Source: Octopus sinensis (taxonomy: Eukaryota). Taken from it: a DNA stretch of 41,225 nt. Shown here piece after piece: positions 1 to 11,626 of the stretch. The notes beneath the pieces were generated by a model that had not been told where the DNA came from, searched no databases, and worked only from the letters and a program-made list of their open reading frames with translations. Both the position numbers and the translations under genes were made by a program. The stretch covers positions 1-41,225 of the forward strand of contig NW_021831674.1 of the NCBI RefSeq assembly GCF_006345805.1, written 5' to 3'. Positions within the stretch are counted from its first letter, which is position 1; each line of letters starts with the position of its first letter.

Positions 1-140
1 ACACGGTTATTCATTGTACTACTCTGAAAATGTACTCTTTATTTAACTCTACATATTTATTTAAAGAGAGCCGACTTGTTTTTTTCTTCACTTTTATACT
101 AAATGCAACGCTGTTTTAATATTTTTTATAACTGAATGCT

Positions 141-335
141 GCAGACTGGCAGAATATTTTCCACTCCTGGAAAAATGCATAGCGGTGTTTCTTTCATCTT
201 CACGTTCTAAGTTGAAATTCCGCTGAGGTCGACTTTGCCTTTAATCAATTCGGAGGTTGATAAAATGAAGTACCAGTTGAATACTGAGGCCAATATAATC
301 GACTTTTGTCCTCTCCTGAAATTTCTTGTCTTGAA
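141..335 (+). mobile_element. tRNA-derived SINE, family A (octopus OK/OR-type), decayed
   Basis: Matches the motif series ctggcagaatcgttagc..gttctgagttcaaattccgccgaggtcgactttgcctttcatcctttcggggtcgataaa..agtaccagtt seen in about 10 copies in this window. Confidence 0.75.
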
Positions 336-394
336 CAATTCGAATTTTATTTTTCTGCAGTACAAATAGAGCTAGAGAAACAACTTTTAAAGTA

Positions 395-566
395 TGGCTG
401 AATCGTTAGCACGCCAGGCGAAATGCATGGTTGCATTCTGCTGAGCTCAACTTTTCCTTCAACTTTTTAGGGTCGATAGATTAAGTTCCAGTTAAGTTCT
501 AAGATCAATGTAATCGACTAAATTCCTCCCACCAAATTTCAGGCCTTTTTGCCTATAGTAGAAAGG
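395..566 (+). mobile_element. SINE family A, decayed copy with internal deletion
   Basis: ggctgaatcgttagcacgccaggcgaaatgc..gggtcgatagattaagt..aaatttcaggcctt..gcctatagtagaaagg. Confidence 0.7.
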
Positions 567-568
567 TC

Positions 569-895
569 TATTACCTCCGCTTTAGCGAAGGCGGGGGTAT
601 TGTTCTCAGTCGTGTTTGTTTGTTTATCCGTGGACAAGATATCTCAAAAACCGCTGGATAGATTATAATGAAACTTTCAGCAATGTTTTGGGATCGATTC
701 GGTACCGGACAAGGATTATGGATTATTTTTCCTATTTTTAAAATTAAGTTTTGTGAGCGGTCGTGTTCATTTTTAGTATTCTCGTTTGTGGAAGCAGTCA
801 AGTTTATTTCAGATATTCTCATTTTAAAAAGCTAATCGTTGAGAAGACGTTTGTGCTGCCTTGACGGAGGTTTGCGCTCTCTGACCGCTCTTGTT
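569..895 (+). mobile_element. Helentron-associated non-autonomous element (HINE/DINE-1-like)
   Basis: 5' palindrome ttacctccgcttt-agcg-aaggcgggggt, (GTTT)n tract, and a 3' sub-terminal inverted repeat gacggaggt followed by a small stem-loop gcgctctctgaccgc and TT. Confidence 0.7.
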
Positions 896-911
896 GCTGT
901 TGTTATTGTTG

Positions 912-947
<36 letters not shown>

Positions 948-996
948 TTTATTATTATTATATTATTATTATTATTATATTATTATTATTATTATT

Positions 997-2018
997 CAGT
1001 AGTTTTATTTTTATAGCGTGCTTTCACTTCACTACCGAGCACAGCTCTGTGTGCCTTGGGTATGTGCTGTGATGTGTTGTGATGCTCTGATGGTTATTGT
1101 ATGGAAAGTGTTCTGCGTAGGATGTGTGCAGTGCCTAGTAGTGCAATTTTCTGTATGTTATATGTGTTTGTAAGTCCTGGTGTTTTGTTATGTATTTGTC
1201 TGAATATTTTTTTATCATGCCTAATGCACCTACTATGATAGGAATTGTTTTGGTTTTCAGATTCCACATTCTAGTTACCTCTATTTCCAGGTCTTTGTAT
1301 TTTGAGAGTTTCTCCATTTCTGTTAGAGACACGTTGTCATCTGCCGGTATTGATACATCAATTAGAAAGCATTTTTTTTCTTCATGATCTGACAACTATA
1401 TCTGGTCTGTTGGCCTTAATTTCTTATATTGTGTATCGGCATATCCCAGAGAGTATGGTTGCTTTCTCGTTTTCTGTGACCTTTTCTGGTGTGTGCCTAT
1501 ACCATCTTTTTTCTGTTGTTATTCCATAATGTTGGCATAGCTTCCAGTGTATGTAGGTTCCAACTCTGTCATGTCTGTGAATATATTCCTTCTTAGCCAA
1601 GACTGGGCAGCTAGAGATAATATGATTTATTGTTTCTTGTCCATCTCCACATATTCTGCAGTTACTTGTAATATTTCTTTTCATTACATGTTTTTGGTAA
1701 TTTCTGGTGGGAGGCTTTGGTCTTGTGCTGCAATTAAAAATCCCTCTGTTCTGCTTTGAGTCCTGAGCTTCTCAACCATTGCTGGGATTTTTCTTTGTCT
1801 ATTTCTTTTGCGTTTACTTTAGTCCAGTATTTACCATGAAGGGGCTTTTCTTGCCATCGTTTTATCATGGTTCGTTGCTGTTCTATTTTAGTTTGGATTT
1901 CATTTGTTTTATAGCTTTTGTTGTTTCTTCATCTTCTTCTTCTTCTTCATGTTTATTAGGTGGTATGATTTCTTGTTTGTATTTGTCAGCTTCCTTAAAT
2001 ACTGAGAACAGTTTTTTG

Positions 2019-2022
<4 letters not shown>
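997..2022 (-). mobile_element. 5'-truncated R4/Dong-clade non-LTR retrotransposon (C-terminal zinc knuckle + restriction-like endonuclease), frameshifted
   Basis: CRICGDGQETINHIISSC (CCHC knuckle), RHD motif, RPDIV..CFLIDVSIP..EKLSKYKDL..IPIIVGALG spread over three frames; stop near 1094; short 3' UTR; (TAA)n on both flanks. Confidence 0.9.
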
Positions 2023-2073
<51 letters not shown>

Positions 2074-2802
2074 CATCATCATCATCATCATCATCATCAT
2101 AGCTCGTAAGATAACATCCTGTGTTTGCGATTCTTCGAAATGTAATGTTTATATAAAAGTTCCACTTTTCTTTCTGCAGTTCTTTATATTTTTTATTGAA
2201 CATTGCAAGAACATTATGCCGCAGGATTTGGGTCGTAGAGGGCAGACAATCCAATGATCGATACTCTGGTTCACCTCACCTCATTTACATGAGGCTTGGA
2301 TGTTCCTGTAGCCCAATATGACCAATACAGATTTTGATAATCCCGCTCTCGTTCTGAGGCGGTTGAGTATCTTCCACTGAATTCCTGGTACATTAGCAGG
2401 GAAGATTCTCATGTCAGTTGGAGGATCGTTCTCAAGCTTTTCTATCCAGAGATGGAAGCCAGTTTCCTCCCGTCATGTAGTTAGAGATTAGACACGGCCG
2501 AGGTAGCTCCTTGACTTCAGTTGTTGGGTCGATGTTTGCCGTCCATGAAAGAAGTGTATTTCATCACTAGTAACCTTTGTCATTTCGATTCAATGTGTCA
2601 CTTTCCTTCAGATATCAGCAAGGGAAACGCTAGCGAGGAGGCACATGTTAGTGCTGGTGAGTTTCAAGCTACCAGTGGTCATGTGTCAGGTGTTCGAAGT
2701 TGGGTCATATTTCTTGAGATGGGTTAATCTTTCCCAGACAGGACTTGCATACACCGAAGAGGAATAGCACAATGCCAGAACCGTAGATCTTAATGTATAT
2801 GC

Positions 2803-2975
2803 TAAGAATCGTTAGCATGTCTGGAAAACTGCTTAGTAGCAGTTCGTTCGAGTGTACGCCGTGGTTGACTTTACCTTTCATCCTTTCGTGGTCGAGAAAA
2901 TATGTACTTGTTGAGCACTGAGTTTGATGTAATCATCTTATCCTCTCCTCCCAAATTGCTGGCCTCATGTCAACC
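2803..2975 (+). mobile_element. SINE family A, decayed
   Basis: agaatcgttagcatg..gccgtggttgactttacctttcatcctttcgtggtcga..aaattgctggcc. Confidence 0.65.
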
Positions 2976-3309
2976 CCAACATATGTGCTATGACTTCCCT
3001 GTATCCATGAGATTCTAATTAGGGAGTAGACTTACAAATTGGAGTTTTGACGTGTTTCTTAATGAAGAGAGTCAGATTCGAAATAACCAATCTCGTTATC
3101 AAAGTCCGTTCTTCAGAACTTCACAACTCTAGAAATTCTTTACACCAAAAATTTATTTCGCAATATTTGACTGCCGAATGGTGGGGATTGACAACATCTG
3201 TAGATTATATAGAATACACCGGGAACAGGCATATTTTTATTTCCACATACTTTTAGTGACAGCTTTCTGTGATATTGTTAAATGAGAGCTTCAGTTCTCG
3301 TTTCATATA

Positions 3310-3531
3310 CAGTAATACATCGACTATCGTGGGTGTTACGTTCCCAACCTCCCCGCGATAAGTGAAACTTCCTGAAGTAGAAACAGTACTGTACTGTATA
3401 GTTTTAAAATTGTTTTTATAATTTGTATATATTTATTTTATTATAAATGCAAAAGAACGCCACGGAGGAAATGACGTAAGCTTAAATAATAAAATGCGAT
3501 AGGTGAACCGCGATATGGCGAGGTATTACTG
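3310..3531. mobile_element. Tc1/mariner-pogo (Tigger-like) MITE
   Basis: TIRs cagtaatacatcgactatcg / cgatatggcgaggtattactg, flanked by TA on both sides. Confidence 0.8.
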
Positions 3532-3569
3532 TACCGTCATAATTATGTGAATGAAACTAAAATATATAA

Positions 3570-3609
3570 CACACTTTAAAAGAATTGCGGTCGAAACAGC
3601 TGTAGTGTG
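3570..3609 (+). ncRNA. decayed minimal hammerhead-like motif (PLE terminus remnant)
   Basis: cacac..GAAA-CAGCTG-TA-gtgtg: 5-bp stem I, palindromic ACAGCTGT, GUA triplet; the CUGANGA box is eroded. Confidence 0.4.
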
Positions 3610-3894
3610 ATCAATTATTCAAATAAAAACATATTAACTATTCATGTACTTTCTGAATATATTTTTGAGTATTGCCTTGGAAGTTATTTACTTTATGTTA
3701 CAGTTTATTAATGCAAAATATAACAGAAACTAAGCAAATATTATATGATATAACATAATAGAATATAATAATGATGATAATAATAATGATGATAATAATA
3801 ATAATAATATATATAATCTATATATATATAATATATATATATGATATAAATATATATATATATATGCACACATATCTATCTATCTATCTATCTA

Positions 3895-3933
<39 letters not shown>

Positions 3934-4139
3934 ATCTATATATATATATATATATTTACACACACATATATACATACATACATTCTACATACACATGCTA
4001 AATAGGTAGTAAAGTAAATACATACGTATTTTCACACACGCGCGCACACACACACTCACACACACATTTTTACTCTCCATCTTCGTGTCAACAATGTCTT
4101 TCGTTTAATTTTCCACCATTACCATCACCCCACGGCAAC

Positions 4140-4758
4140 CATTACAACGATGCCGATCACCACCACCACTATCACCACCACCACCACCACCACCACCACC
4201 ACCACCACCACCACCACCACCACCATCACCACCATCAACACCACCACGAGTCATTTTCTCCCTTTCTCCTTTTTATACACCCGTCGATTCATCACATCTA
4301 CCTGCCACTAACACTTTAATCTTTTTTCTATATACACCCACCAGTCAATTTCGCTTAATTTTATCTAAAATGCCTGCCAATTCTAGACTCTCGTAATATG
4401 AGATGGCAGAATTAAAAACAAATTAAATAAACAGAAAAAAATAAAATAAGTAAAAAAAAATTATCTACTAATAAATAATGAAAATAATGATTGAACAAAT
4501 AAATAAATATAAAAATCAATATTTCAACGAAATAAAATCAACACAAAAATATATAAAGAAAAATTCGGAAAAGAAAATAAAACTAAATAGAAGTGCCAAG
4601 GAAGAAAATACTGGTTCCTGAGGCGAAACCTTTGCAAATATAATTTGTATAAAGCAGACGACAACGACAGCCGAAACGAAATGAGATGTAATATAGTAAT
4701 AAAACCTTTTCGGGGAACATCAGCAGCCAAACTAGATTATTATTATTATTATTATTAC

Positions 4759-4793
<35 letters not shown>

Positions 4794-4856
4794 TATTATA
4801 TTATTATTATTATTATTATTATATTATTATATTATTAATAAAAAAAAAAAAAAAAA

Positions 4857-4927
<71 letters not shown>

Positions 4928-5147
4928 TAATAATAATAATAATAATAATAATGATGATGATAACGATGATGATAATAACCACTACCACATCACTCTGCCC
5001 CCACTGATAGTAACATAACCATCATCATCATCATCTTCATTATCGTCATTACCATCATCGTCATCATTGTGTCAGCATCATCATCGTCGTTGTCGATATG
5101 AATATCATCATCATTATCCTCACGATCACCATCCTTATCATCATCAA

Positions 5148-5206
<59 letters not shown>

Positions 5207-5812
5207 ACACCATCAACACCATCGTCATCACCGTCAACATTATCATCGTCAGCATCAACATCATTATCGTCACCATCATCATCATCGTCGTCGTCATCAT
5301 CATCATCATCATTATCATCATCAACAACAACAACAACAATAACAACAATATTACCAGCACCACAATCATCATCATTGCCAGCAGCAACACCGCAACCACA
5401 ACCACCACCACCGCCAACAACAACAACAACAACAACAACTGCACCACCACCACCACCAACACCACCATCACCGTCATCCTTATCGTCGTCATCCTCATCA
5501 TAATAATCATCATCATCATCATCATCAACATCATCATAATCATCATTATCGTACTCGTCATCGTTGTCACAACCAAATTTCGTATTAGTAAATAATTACT
5601 TTTGCCTAGTTTTCACCCCTCTCCCCGCTATTACATTGTTAAATGCCGTTGCAGTTGATTATTGAACTCAGTATCTCTACCATTGAATTGTTTTAATCAG
5701 TGCCGTGTTTATCACGTTTTTTTAAAAAGCGTCTTTACAAGTTTTTTTTATTATTTCGTGTCATCCCTTTTTTTCAAGGTAGAGAAATTGGGTGGAAATA
5801 ATAATAATGATG

Positions 5813-5873
<61 letters not shown>

Positions 5874-5895
5874 TATAATAATAATAATAATAATG

Positions 5896-5944
<49 letters not shown>

Positions 5945-6337
5945 TGATGATGATGTGATGATGATGATAACAACAATTTAAAAACAGCAACTAAAATTAT
6001 ATACAATACAATATACACATTATATATAGACAGACATGCATATATATATATGTATATATACATGTATATATATACATATATGCATTTATATATATACACA
6101 TATTTGTATATATGTATATAATAAATATATACATATATATATAAACTTACATACAAACTTTTATATATATATATATAAACATTCATACATTTATATATAT
6201 ATATATATAATATATATATATATATATAGAATATATATATATATATATATATTTGTATGTATGTATGTATATATATGTATTATATATATACACACATATA
6301 CATACATACATTTATATATATATATATATATATATAG

Positions 6338-6374
<37 letters not shown>

Positions 6375-7337
6375 ATATTTGTATGTATGCATGTATGTAT
6401 GTATTTGAATGCATGTTCTGTGTATGTTTATTTAAGGAGAATCATTTATACTGTTATTTGCTACCTAATCAAAGATTATTATCACTTTCGTTATTATCTT
6501 CATTTCGCGCCGTTATCGATCGCATGCTACGTCATATAACCATGATCTTCTTCCACCACAGCCAACAACTCCGCCCCTCTTCCTGCTCATCATCATCAGC
6601 ATCCTCATCATCAACATAATCAGCACAAACAGCAGCAGCGCCAGTAACGGCATAGTTGTCACCATCATCATCATCATCGTCATCGTCATCATCATCATCG
6701 TCGTCGTCGTCGTCGTCGTCGTCGCCATCGTCATCGTCATCATCGTAATCATCATCATTATCATCATCATCATTTTCGTGGTCGTCCCCCATCATCACAT
6801 CGTCATTATTATCATCATCATCTTCCTCCTCCACTCTTCCTAATCATCATTATCATCATTATTATCATCTTCATGTTTGTCTTTTGTCACCATCATTATT
6901 AGAATTATCATCATCATCATCATCAGCTGCAGCAGCAACAGTAAGTGCCAACCACAGCCAGCTCTTCCCTTTCCGTCCCCTTCTGTCTCTTCTGTTTCCC
7001 CCTCTTCTTCCCACTTATCACCATCCACATCATCACTATCAACATTATCGTCATCATCTTCGTCGTGTCGTCGCCATTGCCTTCGCGACCGTCACCATCA
7101 TTCACACCAGTAACGGCCTTATCACCGCGGTTGATAGCATCGCGGTAGTTATTGGTAACAACAACAGTAACTTCTCTTCCCCTCCTCTTCCTCCTCATCA
7201 TCATCATGATCATGATCATGATCATCCACTACCGCCGCCGCCATCACCACCACCACCACCACCACCACCACCACCATCACCACCACCAACAGCACCACCA
7301 GCACCCGCACCAGTACCACCACCACCACCACCACCAC

Positions 7338-7396
<59 letters not shown>

Positions 7397-7914
7397 GGAG
7401 AGACATCATTATTTCAATAATCACGGCCTCCATCTTTCATCGCATTCGTGTAATCAACACCATCATCGTTAAGATAATAATCTTCATCAACATCATCACT
7501 TATTACTATTATTGCTACTACTACTACTATTGTTATTGTTATTGTTGTTAGCGTCGTCGTTTATGTTTTTTAATCAGTGCTATCAGCGCAATACAATAAT
7601 CACTACACTTATAATTGTCATTCTCATCGTATTCACCACAAACTTCTGACTCCACCACCACCACCACCACCACCACCACCACCACCACCAACTCCTCCTC
7701 CTCCTCCTCCTCCTCGTCCTCCTTTTCCTCCTCTTCCTCCTCATCATCTTCATCGTCATCCTCGTCGTCATCATCATCAGCATCATCATCATCATCTTCA
7801 TCGTGATCAGCATCGTGATCATCATCATCATCTTCATCGTGATCATTATTGTCATCATCAACTCCATCGTCATCGTCATCCGCCTCCTCCCCCTCCTCCT
7901 CCTCCTCCTCCTCC

Positions 7915-7960
<46 letters not shown>

Positions 7961-8030
7961 TGGCCTCGTTGCTTTCGTCATCCACTTCACCACAATCCAG
8001 TCCTCATCATCGTCAACACCATCACCTTGT
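4140..8030. repeat. compound microsatellite/low-complexity field: (CAC)n, (TAA)n, (CAT)n, (TA)n, (CCT)n, (TAC)n
   Basis: Direct reading; source of the poly-H/I/M/D/P ORFs. Confidence 0.95.
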
Positions 8031-8227
8031 TCAATTCAACTGCACTGTCATCCGGTGAGGAAGGAAGGAAACAGTGAGTTAATGATATCTCTAACTCTTT
8101 CTTACTTATTTAATTTTTTACTTTTTGTTTTGCATGATTGTTAGTGTGACATGTTTTATTAAAACAAAATCATCATCGCACATAAGTAGAAATATGAATT
8201 CGTCTATACTATACGTAAGTTTCAACA

Positions 8228-8376
8228 GGCGTGGTGGCCATTGCTTCCAAACTACATGTTTCCGGATTCAGCTCCACTGTGTGACACCTTGGGGCCAGCC
8301 TCTCCTATTATAGCCTAGGGCCGACCAAAACTTTGTGAGTAAATTTCGTAGACAGACACTGAAAGAAACATGTCGA
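8228..8376 (+). mobile_element. SINE family B head (OR2/CORE-SINE-like)
   Basis: Decayed tRNA-like head, then caccttggggccag..tatagcctagggccgaccaaa..ttgtgagt..gtagacagacactgaaagaa. Confidence 0.7.
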
Positions 8377-8450
8377 ATATATATATATATAAATTAGTAA
8401 TGCAATACTAGTAAATATCGGTACTTCGTTGTGCCATATATTTACTTCTT

Positions 8451-8483
<33 letters not shown>

Positions 8484-8838
8484 CAAAAATAAGTATACTG
8501 GCTAAAGGATTAAAATTTACCCCAACCCCACGAAGATCTAACTATAATGAAATTAAAGACAGTATTTCGGAATTCTGCAGAAAACTACGACTCACAGAAG
8601 CACTAACTGACTACAACAACGAAGATGAGTCACTGGTTAAAATCAGAATTACCTTTTACCTAAAAGTAGGAATATAACACTAGATGACTTCTGCGACCAT
8701 ATCCAAAATTTCTCATATACTTTCCATAAATGTAAAATTAATTCAAACCTCCACAATCTAGAATGGAAAAATCTATTTGAACAACAAAATGACAAAGACC
8801 TGACAATTAAAAAAGCAGACAAAGGAAGTGAGGTAGTT

Positions 8839-9555
8839 TTGATGGACACAGGATTCTACAAAAACCTAGTATTATCCATGCTAGAAAACGATACCTTCTA
8901 CGAAAAAGTTGTAAATTATAAACAACAAGAAACAATGAAAAATCTTGCGTCCTTAATACTTTTACATGGAAAAGGCCAGACAGAAAAAGAAATATATTAT
9001 ATCACGAACTTTAAATGTAAACCTAGTATTTTTTACGGCCTACCTAAAATACAGGTGAGCAAAATAGTTAATCAAGCCTGCAAACAATCATCAGGCAAAT
9101 ATATAAATATCCAAGCGCCAGAAGACTTAAAGATGTGGCCCATTATAGCTGGCCTAGCCTGTGAAACCCAACGCCTAACCAATTTTCTAGACATCCTAAT
9201 GAAACCCTTGCTGAAATACATCAAAAGTTTCAATCGAGACGATTTAGACATGCTAGAGTACCTACCAAAAACAATTAATAAAGAGGTATTATTGGTTTCC
9301 TTCGATGTAATCAATCTTCACACCAACATCTCACATGACTATGGAATAAAAGCAATCAAATTCTGGTTGTATAAGTATCCCGAAGTACTTCCGCAACGCA
9401 TAAAGCAGGTCTTTATTATTGAATCTTTAGAATTTATTATACTTCAGAAAAATTATTTCCTATTTTATGACACCTACTATCGTCAAAAATGCAGAATTGC
9501 GATGCGAACGAAAGCAGCCCCTATTCTTGCGAACCTGATAATGGGTTTATTTTGA
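8839..9555 (+). pseudogene. longest open segment of the PLE reverse transcriptase
   Basis: 238-aa ORF-track entry with RT motifs; the reading frame continues in broken form to about 9900. Confidence 0.85.
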
Positions 9556-10090
9556 ATTCACCATATATGAAGTGTCACTGCAAAAATACGGTTCTTCATT
9601 TCACCATTATATAAGAGAAAACTGTGAAAGATACCTGGATGACTGTTTATCATTTGGAAGAAGACCATTGATAAACTTTCAAAATTCAAATTAACACTAA
9701 ATGATATAAACCATAACATTTACTTCACAATGGAATGTAGCAAAGAACAGCTCCCAGTTTTGGATATTATGATAAAAAAATTCAACAGCCAAATTATAAA
9801 TGACATCTATCATAAACCAACGGACTCGAAGTAATATCTCCTTTTTAGCTCATGCCACCCAAAACACATCAAAATAAATACCCCCTTTAATTTGGCAAAA
9901 TTTTGTGTATATATTCCGCACCCCACCACCGAAAGACGGACAATTGTCTCCTCTGTCTATAATAATAACGATCACCAATTACCTCCCATTCGATTTTTTC
10001 TACTTGTTGAATCATTCATTCATAAACTGCACACACAACATGGACAAAAAAGATTTTAGTTTAGAAAATACGTATTTAAATAAATTTTCA

Positions 10091-10123
10091 TGTCATGATT
10101 AGCGAAAGCGAAACCAGTCGACA
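10091..10123 (+). ncRNA. minimal type-I hammerhead ribozyme motif with A3-U8 core variant
   Basis: UGUC-AUGAUUA-GC(GAAA)GC-GAAA-C(CA)G-UC-GACA: perfect 4-bp stem I, GNRA-capped stem II, GUC triplet; lies in the PLE 3' terminus. Confidence 0.65.
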
Positions 10124-10247
10124 AACATAATATAAAATATATTAAAAATATATTAAAACTATGTAAAGTGTGCGCATTTTCCGTCTTTAATTTCTTATAT
10201 ATATTACAACTCAACACGTGGAGATAATCGAAATTTCTACCATTCTG

Positions 10248-10292
<45 letters not shown>

Positions 10293-10297
10293 ATTAA

Positions 10298-10633
10298 GGG
10301 TACAAGCAAGCCGTATTGGCATGCTGGATATAGAAGTCAAAATTTGCTGTGGCATTAAAAACGTTCAACGCACACATTGGTGAGATGAGCATTTCTATAA
10401 CCCTGGGGACAGTAAGACTCGCTGAAGATAAACTAAGATTTTTTCTCAAACTTTGAAATCACTGTGATACTGGTATGTCTAGCTTTTTCAATTTTCGATT
10501 ATTTTCGTCATTGGTACTGGGTTTTAGAATTTTTATTCATTTGCTCGCTTTCATTTTTGTATTTAAGTGAAAATTTGTAGTTTAGTCATTTTGACTGCTA
10601 TACTTACCATGCCAGAACTGCTTGTTAGCACCC
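10298..10633. mobile_element. TTAA-targeting MITE with ~50-bp imperfect TIRs (Kolobok-like GG termini)
   Basis: ttaa|gggtacaagcaagccgtattggcatg..tatagaagtcaaaat versus attttgactgctatac..catgccagaactgcttgttagcaccc|ttaa. Confidence 0.7.
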
Positions 10634-10961
10634 TTAATTATTCATTAATGTTTTTTTTACCGTTACGGGTTTTTTACGCATGCTAAGCCACTGATAATAA
10701 TATCCTCATATATATATGTATATGTATGTATGTAGTATGTATGTATGTATGTATGTATGTATGTATGTATGTATGTATGTATATGTATCTATGTATGTAT
10801 GCATGTATATTTAATTTTATTTGTTAGGAAATAAAGATTACGGCATAACAGGGTTCAAATTCTTCTCAATGAAGAAATATATATTTTCATTTAGAGACAG
10901 TAGGCCTCTTCATCTCACCATATAAAAAAAAATATTTTAAATACCTACTACTTTATAACTT

Positions 10962-11058
10962 GGCTAAACGTGTTTCATGAGGTACATTTCCCGGTTCCAA
11001 AACTATTCCGTGTTTTGCTGGAACCATTCTTAAAATATAACCCCAATCATCAGGCCCC
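10962..11058 (-). ncRNA. hammerhead-like motif with extended stem II
   Basis: Minus strand: ggggc-CUGAUGA-uugggg..(internal hairpin ggttcca/tggaacc)..ccucau-GAAA-CACG-UU-uagcc; stem I imperfect; abuts (TA)n. Confidence 0.45.
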
Positions 11059-11102
11059 TATATCACTTTTTCATAGTATCTAGGGGCCTAGTATCTCAAT
11101 GA

Positions 11103-11211
<109 letters not shown>

Positions 11212-11549
11212 CACACAGACACACACCATACCTTTGCAGTGAAGGCTGATTTTGAAAAGCCTCAAATATGCATGTTCAAAACAAAGGAGTGAAGCATACA
11301 TTATTTTAACATGTATACACACACACACACACACACACATACGTGTGAGTACACACACAAATACACTAAACTATACATACACGTACGTATGTGCGTGTGT
11401 GTGCAAATATCTGCGTGCGTGTGCGTGCGTGTGCGTGTGCTCGCGTGTGTGTGTCTTTGTGCACCCATTAAGACGCCCAATTACAGGGATATTGTCGTCT
11501 CATCTAGTCTTTATCTTATTATTGCAGGTTTTCTAGGAACAAGACACCC

Positions 11550-11593
11550 ATAATCTCTCTTTCCGCACCACCTGTCTCTCTCCCTCTTTGACA

Positions 11594-11626
<33 letters not shown>

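Larger units (their letters stand above)
8478..10245 (+). mobile_element. Penelope-like element remnant (RT pseudogene plus 3' terminal region), internally deleted
   Basis: LAKGLKFTPTP, IKKADKGS..VLMD, FYGLPKI, PIIAG, LVSFDVINLHTNI, NYFLF..YYRQ..IAM, RYLDDC, FTME..LPVLD, YHKPT..SCHP: the characteristic PLE RT motif series, with stops and frameshifts; flanked by (TA)n on both sides. Confidence 0.9.

Noticed and set aside
1529-1542. Partial match to miR-31 (atgttggcatagct)
   Set aside because: Lacks the seed and hairpin and lies inside LINE coding sequence.
4645-8144. Poly-His/Pro/Asp/Ile/Met ORFs as real proteins (for example His-rich or extensin-like)
   Set aside because: They are open in several frames and on both strands at once because they are triplet microsatellites; no splice or domain support.
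8839-9555. Functional RT or telomerase gene
   Set aside because: The YLDD motif is out of frame, there are several stops, and no GIY-YIG domain is visible; it is a dead PLE copy.
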